Origin: Phycisphaeraceae bacterium
GTDB lineage: Bacteria; Planctomycetota; Phycisphaerae; Phycisphaerales; Phycisphaeraceae
Direction: 5' to 3'
NCBI GenBank assembly: GCA_965230275.1
Contig: CBDDKO010000002.1
Coordinates: 1,541,294-1,605,293 of the forward strand
DNA length: 64,000 nucleotides
Within the stretch, counting starts at the first letter, position 1. Every line of letters begins with the position of its first letter. Positions 9,551 to 17,834 of the stretch are shown in pieces. Position numbers and translations under genes: made by a program. The notes beneath the pieces are model-generated. The model did not search any database. It was not told the DNA's origin and saw only the letters and a program-made list of their open reading frames with translations.

Positions 9551-10276
9551 TTAGGCATCTTTGACCGGCAAATCGTCCCACGCCTGCTTGGCTTGGCGTC
9601 GGAATTCCTTGATGGTCTCCGCCACCGGAGAATACTTAGTTCGCTCTTTTTGAATCAGAGGTGGATCAACTAATCGCCAGAACCGTAGCGCCACCCGCAG
9701 CAGATGGTCCGAATGCGAATCCTGTCCACCATGATTGACGAATCGTTCGCTCAAAGCATCGTACTTGGTTGGTTTGCCAACGGCTCCACTAAGAGCGCTG
9801 ACGGCTGCCGCATAGTCATCCTTGGACATCTCAAACCCAAACCGTTCCCCGGATTCATCGGGCTGCTCAACCATCCGGAGAGATTTACCCTTTCGTTTCA
9901 GGTGGTATGAGAGCTTGGCTTTGGCTAGCCGTGTCCCTTGCTTCGGATGTGGGGATTCTTTGGGCTCTTTCCAGATGCCCGTGATCTCAGCGAGACGGTT
10001 GAGGTCAACCATCATCTCAATCACATAGTCGCCGTAGTTCAACCGGCCTTGCGTGTCGTGCAGAAGATCGCCAAGGTTGTCCACCAGCCTATCTGCGATC
10101 TTTCGGCTTGCAGGCGCAAGCTTCGCCTGCACTCCAATTGCCGCTGCCAAGCGATTTAGATTCACGAGGATATCGACGAGCGCATTGCGCTGTTTTTTAA
10201 CGAGCGTGACACGAGCGGTTCGCTCGACCATCTGCGTTAGCAGAGCTTCGCATTCACATTGCTTGGTTGTACCCAT
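9551..10276 (-). CDS. Hypothetical protein (241 aa)
   Basis: A long ORF in low-GC DNA, where spurious ORFs are unlikely, with no competing ORF. No recognisable motif. Confidence 0.6.
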   Translation of the reverse strand: MGTTKQCECEALLTQMVERTARVTLVKKQRNALVDILVNLNRLAAAIGVQAKLAPASRKIADRLVDNLGDLLHDTQGRLNYGDYVIEMMVDLNRLAEITGIWKEPKESPHPKQGTRLAKAKLSYHLKRKGKSLRMVEQPDESGERFGFEMSKDDYAAAVSALSGAVGKPTKYDALSERFVNHGGQDSHSDHLLRVALRFWRLVDPPLIQKERTKYSPVAETIKEFRRQAKQAWDDLPVKDA

Positions 10277-10439
10277 GATCGAGATTATCCCACATGATCG
10301 GATTGATTTCAGTTGCCAGCAATACCCGCCTTACCCGTTTTCCTGGAGACGAAAAATATTTTCTGCCGGATTCAAACTTCAGGCTTGAACCGGGACACCG
10401 GGAGCATACTATACGAAAAATAGAAATACAAATACCGTA

Positions 10440-11057
10440 ATGCAAGGTATAAAGATGAAGAAGCTGACAGCTAGAAACTTAGTGCAGGACATATTGGGCT
10501 ATGACCACCTCAGCCAGAAGCGGATCGACGAAGCCGTTCTGATACAGCAGAGCGAGGGATGGGCATTGAACTTCCATCCGACCACGGACGAACCAGATCG
10601 AACCGTGGTCGCTGTTAAGGAAAGAGATGCGATGTATCCCCTACTTAGGCTGACATTCGCAACCTCCTGCGATGCCTACGGCAGATCAGCAGTCGCCCCA
10701 CGGCGCATGGTCGAAAAATTGGCAGGATTCAAGGTCAATGATCCTCTTTGCGGTTGTTCCCTATCCCAGCGAGGTCTTCTTCTGGCAGGGGTCGAGAAGC
10801 AGATCATCAGCCTCATCGGCACGAACCCGAGCCTTGCACGGCTGGTCAACGAAGCTCGGTACGGCATCCCTGTCCGAGGGCGACTCTCAAGAGCGGTCGT
10901 TCAAGCTGCCTTGGGGCTGGGCGAGCGACCCAAAGTCATCAGCAAGCAACAGCGCCAAACGGCGCTGACGGTGTTTCGAAAGCTGAAGGTTAAGGCAGAT
11001 GACCTGAAGGCGGGCGAGCCTTGGATTCGGTTGCAGTCCAATTGGCAGATCAACTAA
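10440..11057 (+). CDS. Hypothetical protein (205 aa)
   Basis: A long ORF in low-GC DNA. The start could also be MKKL at 10455. No recognisable motif. Confidence 0.6.
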   Translation: MQGIKMKKLTARNLVQDILGYDHLSQKRIDEAVLIQQSEGWALNFHPTTDEPDRTVVAVKERDAMYPLLRLTFATSCDAYGRSAVAPRRMVEKLAGFKVNDPLCGCSLSQRGLLLAGVEKQIISLIGTNPSLARLVNEARYGIPVRGRLSRAVVQAALGLGERPKVISKQQRQTALTVFRKLKVKADDLKAGEPWIRLQSNWQIN

Positions 11058-11078
11058 CGGGGCGGAGTTGGAGAAGAC

Positions 11079-11480
11079 ATGGATCACATCAAGCTGATCA
11101 ATTCGGAGATGGACCAGGTAAATCGAGTTTGCGGTCGGTGCAAGCACAAGCTCGGTTCTTCGGAAGTCGTCGGCATCGGCGTACAGCCGAAGCTGGTCGG
11201 TGATGGAGACGGCTACGTTGAAGTCCCCAGCCCCTTTCTCTTGGCGCTGTGCCCCGACTGCGGAACGAAGCAGGCATGCGACATAAATGTTCCACGGGAG
11301 ACCTTTCTGCTGACGGTGGTGAAGGTATTCGACCATCTCAATCGGCGAGCGTGGCATCGAGCGGGGATATCTGAGCCCCCCTCAGAGCAAGAGTGCCGTC
11401 AATGCGCGAGCAAGGTCATGGATCGGCTCAAGCTGAACCACGGACTGCAAGATGTCCAAGTCTCGAAGGAAAGCAAATGA
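11079..11480 (+). CDS. Hypothetical zinc-ribbon protein (133 aa)
   Basis: CGRCKHK...(about 35 aa)...CPDCG forms a CxxC pair. Its stop overlaps the next start (ATGA at 11477-11480). Confidence 0.6.
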   Translation: MDHIKLINSEMDQVNRVCGRCKHKLGSSEVVGIGVQPKLVGDGDGYVEVPSPFLLALCPDCGTKQACDINVPRETFLLTVVKVFDHLNRRAWHRAGISEPPSEQECRQCASKVMDRLKLNHGLQDVQVSKESK

Positions 11481-11971
11481 GCCCTAAATGGATCATCGAC
11501 ATTTTCAAGGCATGGCGATGCGACGGCTGTCGAAAGCCGTTGTTCCCGACCGAGATCGAACGGATCGGCTTGGAGTATCGGCTCTCGTTTGGGGATCGGC
11601 GTGATCCTTTCGTCTTTATGGAAGTCCGCTGCTCATGCTGCCAGGAGACCTACCGGCTTTCCCAGCAGCGGAAACTTAAGGAAGTTCAGGATGCCATAGC
11701 CGCCTGCCACTTCTATCTGTTCCAAGGTCCGCCGAAGCGGGATACACGGTCGGGCTGCGCTGCGGCGATGAAGACTAAGCATGCTCAGCAATCCGGTCGG
11801 TTGAAGTTTCCATTTGCCACGCCGATGAGCGATGCCAAGGTCCGAGCTTTCTTGAATCGGTTGGAGCGGACCTCATTCAAGCGGAACACCAAGAGCTACC
11901 GGAAGTGGATGCTCGATTTGGGCGTGGACATTGATAAGAAAGGAGCGGGAGCTGACGACATCCCCTTCTAG
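11477..11971 (+). CDS. Hypothetical zinc-ribbon protein (164 aa)
   Basis: Internal ATG of ORF 11393..11971 gives MSPKWIIDIFKAWRCDGCRKPL...VRCSCCQETY (CxxC pair). The ATGA overlap with the preceding gene indicates translational coupling. Confidence 0.6.
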   Translation: MSPKWIIDIFKAWRCDGCRKPLFPTEIERIGLEYRLSFGDRRDPFVFMEVRCSCCQETYRLSQQRKLKEVQDAIAACHFYLFQGPPKRDTRSGCAAAMKTKHAQQSGRLKFPFATPMSDAKVRAFLNRLERTSFKRNTKSYRKWMLDLGVDIDKKGAGADDIPF

Positions 11972-12248
11972 CCTTGCCTCAAATTCTGCTCAGCTTCCCG
12001 CTGGGCACTATGCGGTGGCGGGTGACGGGGTAGCCTTAAAAGAGAAAAATTCTGCCGGGATGGGGCTTGGGGAGAAAAATTCGAAATTGGGTAAAAAAAT
12101 TTTCACCCCCTCCCCATTTCCCCGTAATACTCCTCCAATTCACATCTTAAGGCTTTCTCGCAGCGCCTTGATTGACGGCAATTTACCTGAATTCGAAGGT
12201 GGAAGCCCGTTAAGCGCCAGGATTAGCGAGCCCCCTGGTATCCGCATC

Positions 12249-12575
12249 ATGGATACCTCAATCGACAAGCTGATCCGACCAACCGACCCCAATCCTGTTG
12301 ATTGGGATGAACGGCTGACAGATGCCAACAAGCGGACTCGCAAGGGCGTCAAGCTCTCGATGCGAGAAGTCCGCTCCATGATTGAGATTTGGGGGCTACC
12401 TCCGTTCCTCACCGCAGATGAAGCCGCCAAGATTTCAAATCGATCAACGTCTGTCCTACGCAACCATGTCAGCGAAGGTCGCTTCCCCCGCAGCGCGATC
12501 GTCGGAAAGCCGTTGACCTTCGTTACGACCCGTTTCATCCAAGAAGTAGCGGCTCGATTGGGGGGAAGCGTATGA
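12249..12575 (+). CDS. Excisionase / MerR-like helix-turn-helix DNA-binding protein (putative)
   Basis: Internal ATG (12249) of ORF 11931..12575. PFLTADEAAKISNRSTSVLRNHVSEGRFPRSAIVGKPLTF resembles the Xis/AlpA-type HTH_17 pattern. Its stop overlaps the integrase start (ATGA at 12572-12575). Confidence 0.55.
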   Translation: MDTSIDKLIRPTDPNPVDWDERLTDANKRTRKGVKLSMREVRSMIEIWGLPPFLTADEAAKISNRSTSVLRNHVSEGRFPRSAIVGKPLTFVTTRFIQEVAARLGGSV

Positions 12576-13714
12576 GATGGGCAGACAGCCATCCAGTCGA
12601 AGGGACCGATCCGAAGGTCTTCATCGGCAGACCGACCCGGCGCGATCCGAAGACTGGTAAGCTCAAAGCGTCCAGCGTCTTTCATGAGCGTTACAGCCTC
12701 AATGGTCGCCAGGTCACCCGAACGCTTCGTACTAGCAACAAGAAGGTTGCGATCCGCCGGGTCATCGAGCGGCAGTCTAATGGACAGACTGAAACTCGAC
12801 CTCAAGCCTCTATTAGTATCGCTGAAGGGTTGGATGAGTACCTACGGGTATGCAGGGACAGGGATTTGTCCCCCAGGACGGTTCAGAAGTATGAGTTGGT
12901 CGTCCGAGGGATCAAAGAATCATTGGGCAGGCAGGCAGATGATCCCGTCTCGATCTTCAGCGAGCGGGAGTTCTGGTCGTACAACCGCTCGATGACGGAA
13001 GCGGGCACTAACCGGAAGACTCGATATGACCGCTTAATCGTTGTCAAACAAGCGATGAAATACCTGAAGCGGGTCGGGTATATCTCCACCTACCCCTTGG
13101 AGTCGGTACGCCTCTCAAAGCCTGAATCTAGACCGCAGCCTTGTTTTACCTTTGATCAGGTCCAAAAGCTATTGGAAATGGCTGACGAGTACCAGCGCCC
13201 GATCTTTGCGACATTTGCCTTTGCCGGTCTGAGATTTGGGGAGGTCCGAGACCTTCGATGGTCTGACCTGCTACTGGATCGGGGCGATACGGGCTTTATT
13301 CGAGTTTCCCGGGGCGGTTCTCGGGATATGCCCAAAGATCATGAGTCTCGCTTGATCCCCATCCACCCTCAGCTTCGCAGCATGCTGGATGAGGTAACGG
13401 GACAGAGCGGACGCATCTTCTATGACAGGGACGGGATTCGCCCGCTCTGCGAGAAGAAGCTGTTACTTGCTCTGAAGCGCCTCTGCGAGACATGCCGCTT
13501 CGAGAATGCTCTGAAGTTCAAGCTGCATTCGTTCAGGCATTTCTTCTGTTCGGCAGCAGCGCAGAACAATGTTTCGTACCGCTATGTAATGGCTTGGTTG
13601 GGGCATTCAGACAGCAAGATCGTTGATATGTACTTCCGCATGTTCGATGACGCCGCCGAACAGGCGATGGCTTCGATTGGATTTGGGGATAAATCGGAGA
13701 GAAATCAAGGATAG
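12572..13714 (+). CDS. Tyrosine recombinase / phage-type integrase
   Basis: 380 aa. The C-terminal catalytic signature is FAGLRFGEVRDLRW (Arg I) followed by LHSFRHFFCSAAAQNNVSYRYVMAWLGHSDSKIVDMYF (H-x-x-R ... W/L-G-H ... Y). An N-terminal SAM-like core-binding region is present. Confidence 0.9.
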   Translation: MRWADSHPVEGTDPKVFIGRPTRRDPKTGKLKASSVFHERYSLNGRQVTRTLRTSNKKVAIRRVIERQSNGQTETRPQASISIAEGLDEYLRVCRDRDLSPRTVQKYELVVRGIKESLGRQADDPVSIFSEREFWSYNRSMTEAGTNRKTRYDRLIVVKQAMKYLKRVGYISTYPLESVRLSKPESRPQPCFTFDQVQKLLEMADEYQRPIFATFAFAGLRFGEVRDLRWSDLLLDRGDTGFIRVSRGGSRDMPKDHESRLIPIHPQLRSMLDEVTGQSGRIFYDRDGIRPLCEKKLLLALKRLCETCRFENALKFKLHSFRHFFCSAAAQNNVSYRYVMAWLGHSDSKIVDMYFRMFDDAAEQAMASIGFGDKSERNQG

Positions 13715-13720
13715 AAGAAG

Positions 13721-13933
13721 GTGCGCACGACTAACACTGAGAATATGAATACACAACGTGGTATTGCTGATCAGCTTCAATCTGAGATCACGCTAGCGGG
13801 CATCAAAGTTGAGGTAACTATTGTCCGCATGACCCCAGACGAGGAAAGCCATTTCGATAGGGAACTGCAAATGGTGATCAGCTATTTAGTCCGCCAGATG
13901 CGCGGGCAGGAGATTAGTAAAGATGGAAGGTAG
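13721..13933 (+). CDS. Small hypothetical protein (70 aa, GTG start)
   Basis: This is the only ORF filling the gap between the two recombinase genes, and it overlaps the next start by 11 nt. No motif. Confidence 0.3.
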   Translation: MRTTNTENMNTQRGIADQLQSEITLAGIKVEVTIVRMTPDEESHFDRELQMVISYLVRQMRGQEISKDGR

Positions 13934-15917
13934 TAATAGCAAGGGTAGGTATGAGGGTAGGCGTGCGGTGCTGATGCCCCGCGCCAGCACGAAAAAGCAG
14001 GGGATTAGCGTTGAAGACCAGATTAAGCAGATGAGGGCGTTCTGCGCGCAGCATGGCATCACCGAGGTGGCGATCATTGGTTGCGCAGGTATATCAGCTA
14101 GCAAGTACTGGAGTCGTAGCGACTTCAAAGAGGCGCGAGATCGAAAGCGTACGCAGGATGACTTTGATCTCTTAGTCATCTACGACTCATATCGATTCTC
14201 CAGGGCTGGCATAATCAAAGGATCAAACGAAATCTGTGAACTCGAAGCTGAGGGCATCGATATCCTGCTTAGCACTGAGGATATTCTCGATGGTCCTGAT
14301 GGCGAAATGCAATGGGCCCAGAGGCTTGCCGCTGCCCATGCTCAAGCTCGTCAGATTAGCAAAACATCATGTAGGGGAATGCAGTCGTCAATTGAGTCCG
14401 GCCGCTCTCTGCCATGCAAACGAATACCGTTTGGTTTAGAGAAGGTGGTCCGGTATCCATCAGGTCAGATTAGGCATGTCATACGAGGCTTGCGTGATGG
14501 CTCGCAAGAGGTATATGACGGCGTGACTGGGAAACTTGTTCAATCTTTCCCATCCATCCAAAACGGCATGGGTTCCCGCTACATCAAGCAGAAAGAAGAT
14601 TTAGAAGACCTTCGCCCGGGTAATGAGGATGACATTGCCGTTGTCATTCAGATATTTACACGCAAGTTCATGGATGGTTGGGGTGCTCGCAGAATCGCTA
14701 AGGAATTAAACGAAAAGGAGGTTCTAAGTCCAAAGAATGGGCTATGGAGCCCAAGTACTGTTAATCATATCCTGAGGAATCCTGCCTATGTGGGCTACGT
14801 CATTGGTAATCAGAGTTCAGTAGCGATCTATTACCAATGCTCAAAAAATGAACCCCAGAAAGTTGTCAAAGATGCCCGGCATAGAACTTCAAAGCAGGCT
14901 CCCCCACAAAGAATACGACCAGAAAAAGATTGGACGATCATCGAGCAGCCATTGATGAATGATTTCTTGCCTGGTCAATTTCGAGAGGTTGCTCGGGAGT
15001 ATATTCGTCGTAGCAAACTCATGAGTGCAAAGCATGCTGGTAAATATACACATAATAGAAGCAGGCATACCAAATCGCCGTATCTGTTAACAGGAAAATT
15101 GATGGAAATCCGAAGCGGGCTCCGCATGAAAGGTCACAGTTGCGGTAAACAGAGGTATTACAGGATTGCAGAGGCAGATTCTCATCCAGGTGTAGTTACC
15201 CCGAAGCCCCATCAAATTCGATCTGAGGGTATTGATGCAGTTGTAACCAGCGCTATCCACGGCGTTCTGACCAAATCGAATAAATATCGAGATAAGATTT
15301 GTGAAGAGATCGACACCCAGCGTCGTGCTGCAAGCATCTCTGGGGTCAAAGCAGACCAACTAAGGGCGGAACGTAAGGCGCTGGATCAAGACTGCCGCTA
15401 TATCCATAGAAATCGGAAGGAATATGGGGAGGACATGACTCTCAGTCTGATTGAGGAGAACAGAGCGAGATGTGAGGAGATCGACTGTAAACTGGCTGAC
15501 GCATCACGCCAGGACACTATATGGGGGAAAGATATCGACAAAAAAGTTGATGAGCTATTAGCTCAGTTGGTGGAGGTGTCAGGTTGGGTCAAAGACGGGC
15601 CAAGCGCTTCTGTCAAGCGTTTGCTTCAAACATTGGTCAGTAAAGCAACCGTCAACACCAAAACCAAAGAGCTACAAGTCGAATTTCGAGTCCCCAAGAG
15701 CGTCTATGATAATCCGCAATCACTTTGTCTGGAGCCCGATTCAGCATTCCAAGTCGGGTACGAGACAAACTACGAGATGTCCCTGCCACTAACCAAACTC
15801 AGATTCATCTACCAAGACGGCAAATACTCCATGATCGAGCGTATCGACCCCAAGCCGCCAAAAGACACACTACCAACCCCGAAGAACACCGGCAAGAAGC
15901 CAAATGGACAGCAGTAA
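13923..15917 (+). CDS. Large serine recombinase (resolvase/invertase N-terminal domain + recombinase domain + coiled-coil/zinc-ribbon region)
   Basis: 664 aa. RRAVLMPRASTKKQGISVEDQ carries the catalytic-Ser motif of resolvase-type domains. The region ...PFGLEKV...RIAKELNEKEVLSPKNGLWSPSTVNHILRNPAYVGY... is the typical 'Recombinase' domain of large serine recombinases. Confidence 0.88.
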   Translation: MEGSNSKGRYEGRRAVLMPRASTKKQGISVEDQIKQMRAFCAQHGITEVAIIGCAGISASKYWSRSDFKEARDRKRTQDDFDLLVIYDSYRFSRAGIIKGSNEICELEAEGIDILLSTEDILDGPDGEMQWAQRLAAAHAQARQISKTSCRGMQSSIESGRSLPCKRIPFGLEKVVRYPSGQIRHVIRGLRDGSQEVYDGVTGKLVQSFPSIQNGMGSRYIKQKEDLEDLRPGNEDDIAVVIQIFTRKFMDGWGARRIAKELNEKEVLSPKNGLWSPSTVNHILRNPAYVGYVIGNQSSVAIYYQCSKNEPQKVVKDARHRTSKQAPPQRIRPEKDWTIIEQPLMNDFLPGQFREVAREYIRRSKLMSAKHAGKYTHNRSRHTKSPYLLTGKLMEIRSGLRMKGHSCGKQRYYRIAEADSHPGVVTPKPHQIRSEGIDAVVTSAIHGVLTKSNKYRDKICEEIDTQRRAASISGVKADQLRAERKALDQDCRYIHRNRKEYGEDMTLSLIEENRARCEEIDCKLADASRQDTIWGKDIDKKVDELLAQLVEVSGWVKDGPSASVKRLLQTLVSKATVNTKTKELQVEFRVPKSVYDNPQSLCLEPDSAFQVGYETNYEMSLPLTKLRFIYQDGKYSMIERIDPKPPKDTLPTPKNTGKKPNGQQ

Positions 15918-15991
15918 TATTCACATGAATTAACTGCGACAGGCTGACCTCTGGGTGCGGTGAGGGCATAATAGCCCGAGCCGCGCTCAGA

Positions 15992-16465
15992 TCAGCTAAC
16001 CATCTCATCGTCGGCGATGTCGTTTCCAATTACATAGGTTCTCCCCACCTTTGTGATGGACATAATTCGTCCATTCTGTTCCACGTGGACGCGGCATCCC
16101 AGATACTCAAAATCCCTGACTCGGGTGGAGATTTCCTTTGGGCTGTCAGAGCCGTATTTCGTGACCCTGCGACCATCCTCTGTAGTCTCGACGACTTGGA
16201 ACTTGAACCGCTCTGGATTCTCGCTGCCTAATCCGTCAAGCTCGTTCCGGTGGACGGCAGCAATCCAGTCAAGCGCAGCAGAGATGGTGTCAGTACGTCG
16301 ATCCTTATATAGACTCCTGAGATCAAGCAGCCCTGCGACGATCTTTGGGGTCAGCCTGGGATTATTGCGCTTCCGTATTTTGCCCATGACCGCCTCGATT
16401 CCTTGATGAACGGGATAGTCACACGTTGTCATGAGTAGGCTATGGGCTGATGTGATGTCCAGCAA
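15992..16465 (-). CDS. Hypothetical protein (up to 157 aa; alternative start MGKIRKR at 16387)
   Basis: ORF in low-GC DNA with no recognisable motif. Confidence 0.5.
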   Translation of the reverse strand: MLDITSAHSLLMTTCDYPVHQGIEAVMGKIRKRNNPRLTPKIVAGLLDLRSLYKDRRTDTISAALDWIAAVHRNELDGLGSENPERFKFQVVETTEDGRRVTKYGSDSPKEISTRVRDFEYLGCRVHVEQNGRIMSITKVGRTYVIGNDIADDEMVS

Positions 16466-16522
16466 GAGGGGGGCAGGTCAAAACGATGTCATACTAAGAT
16501 TGATATACTATCATCATCTGGC

Positions 16523-16963
16523 ATGGCCCGAACTAAGCAGACTAAACTGACCAGACATGTTTCCGATGTGCCGGAAGCTCGTCGTCGCATTATGCGCGCA
16601 ATCGGACAGAAAGATACAAAGCCAGAAGTCATTGTACGACAAATCCTGCATCAGCTAGGTTACAGATTTCGACTTCATGTACCAAGTCTACCAGGCCGAC
16701 CAGATATTGTTCTGCCTCGCCACCGCAAGATAGTATTCGTGCATGGATGCTTTTGGCATCAACATGGTTGTGGCATGGCCGGTACTCCGCATAATCGGAA
16801 GCAGTTCTGGAAAGATAAATTCCTGAGAAACAAAGAGCGGGACCGGGCAAACATCTCCTCGCTTCAGTCTGCCGGTTGGGATGTGTTGGTTATATGGGAG
16901 TGCGAGACATTAGACACGGATATGCTCCGTGAGAAATTGCTAACTTACATGTTGTCTAAGTAA
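16523..16963 (+). CDS. vsr: Very short patch repair endonuclease
   Basis: 146 aa. RRIMRAIGQKDTKPEVIVRQILHQLGYRFRLH...LPGRPDIVLPRHRKIVFVHGCFWHQHGC...FWKDKFLRNKERDR...GWDVLVIWECE shows the full Vsr signature (TKPE, D-I-V, FVHGCFWH, W-x-x-K-I-x-x-N). It is adjacent to a C5 methyltransferase. Confidence 0.93.
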   Translation: MARTKQTKLTRHVSDVPEARRRIMRAIGQKDTKPEVIVRQILHQLGYRFRLHVPSLPGRPDIVLPRHRKIVFVHGCFWHQHGCGMAGTPHNRKQFWKDKFLRNKERDRANISSLQSAGWDVLVIWECETLDTDMLREKLLTYMLSK

Positions 16964-17834
16964 CCGTCCATAACTCATGATGTTCGTCAAGTATCTTGGC
17001 TAGGTCATGTAAATTGTCTAAGTGAGATAGATAATTCTTGCGTATAGCTCGACATTTGTCTCGCGTTACACTTACAGATTCCAAGCGTTTATTTATGCCT
17101 TTTAGAACGATTTCGCCATCCCCTGATCTCTCCCAATCTCCATGAGCAAAGATATTTCTGTAATGGATAATATCATCGGGGAGCGTTTTTAAGATCGACT
17201 TGATAGCATCGATCTTCTGGCACATCTTATTGTCGTCCGCCTGAAAAGCCTTATCTCGCATGTCATCAAGAGCTCTCTTCACAAACACATGCTTCTTGGC
17301 AAAGTCGTACGGAGAATTATCACCCTTCACGATCTTCTCTAAGTAGAACTTCTTGCGCCCTCCAAGATAGTTTGCCATAATGTCAGCAAGATTATTCTCG
17401 ATCTTTATAGCCTCAGACACAATAATACCGCGCATCGTATTTAGATTGATAGTTCTTTCAATATGATTCTCGACAATCTCGCGTAGAGAGTCTTCCACAT
17501 CATTACGCTCTCGGTAATATACGCCATCTAGCTTTGTGTCGCCCTTGATGGCGTGGATACCATCCGCCGAATAGAACAATACTTCTCGATACCTTTCAAG
17601 CTTCCGAATCTGCTTGATGACTTCATCACCTTTGGTGCCCTGGAGGTTCCAGTCTACTGCAATGAGAGACAACTCTGGGTCGGGTAATATATCCGGCAAG
17701 TCTGGCGGCCGGTCGTAATACACCGACTGATACTGAAATCCTTCATCTTGTAACATGTCCTCGATCGCACTGCTAATAGACTCAACCCATTCGGGCGTGT
17801 CATCGATCCACATGATCTTGTAGGTGAGACTCAT
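16956..17834 (-). CDS. Receiver (REC)-like domain fused to a HEPN-like domain (R-x4-H) - putative effector of the dcm-linked cassette
   Basis: 292 aa. The N-terminus fits a CheY-like pattern: KIMWIDDTPEW (acidic pair D11/D12), LIAVDWNLQG (D61 at the phospho-acceptor position) and VLFYSADG (S89, 28 residues after D61). The C-terminal helical domain contains IIHYRNIFAHGDW (R226-N-x3-H231, codons 17159-17142), the R-N-x3-H form of the HEPN RNase motif. Its start overlaps the stop of the upstream ATPase gene (ATGA at 17831-17834). Confidence 0.6.
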   Translation of the reverse strand: MSLTYKIMWIDDTPEWVESISSAIEDMLQDEGFQYQSVYYDRPPDLPDILPDPELSLIAVDWNLQGTKGDEVIKQIRKLERYREVLFYSADGIHAIKGDTKLDGVYYRERNDVEDSLREIVENHIERTINLNTMRGIIVSEAIKIENNLADIMANYLGGRKKFYLEKIVKGDNSPYDFAKKHVFVKRALDDMRDKAFQADDNKMCQKIDAIKSILKTLPDDIIHYRNIFAHGDWERSGDGEIVLKGINKRLESVSVTRDKCRAIRKNYLSHLDNLHDLAKILDEHHELWTVT

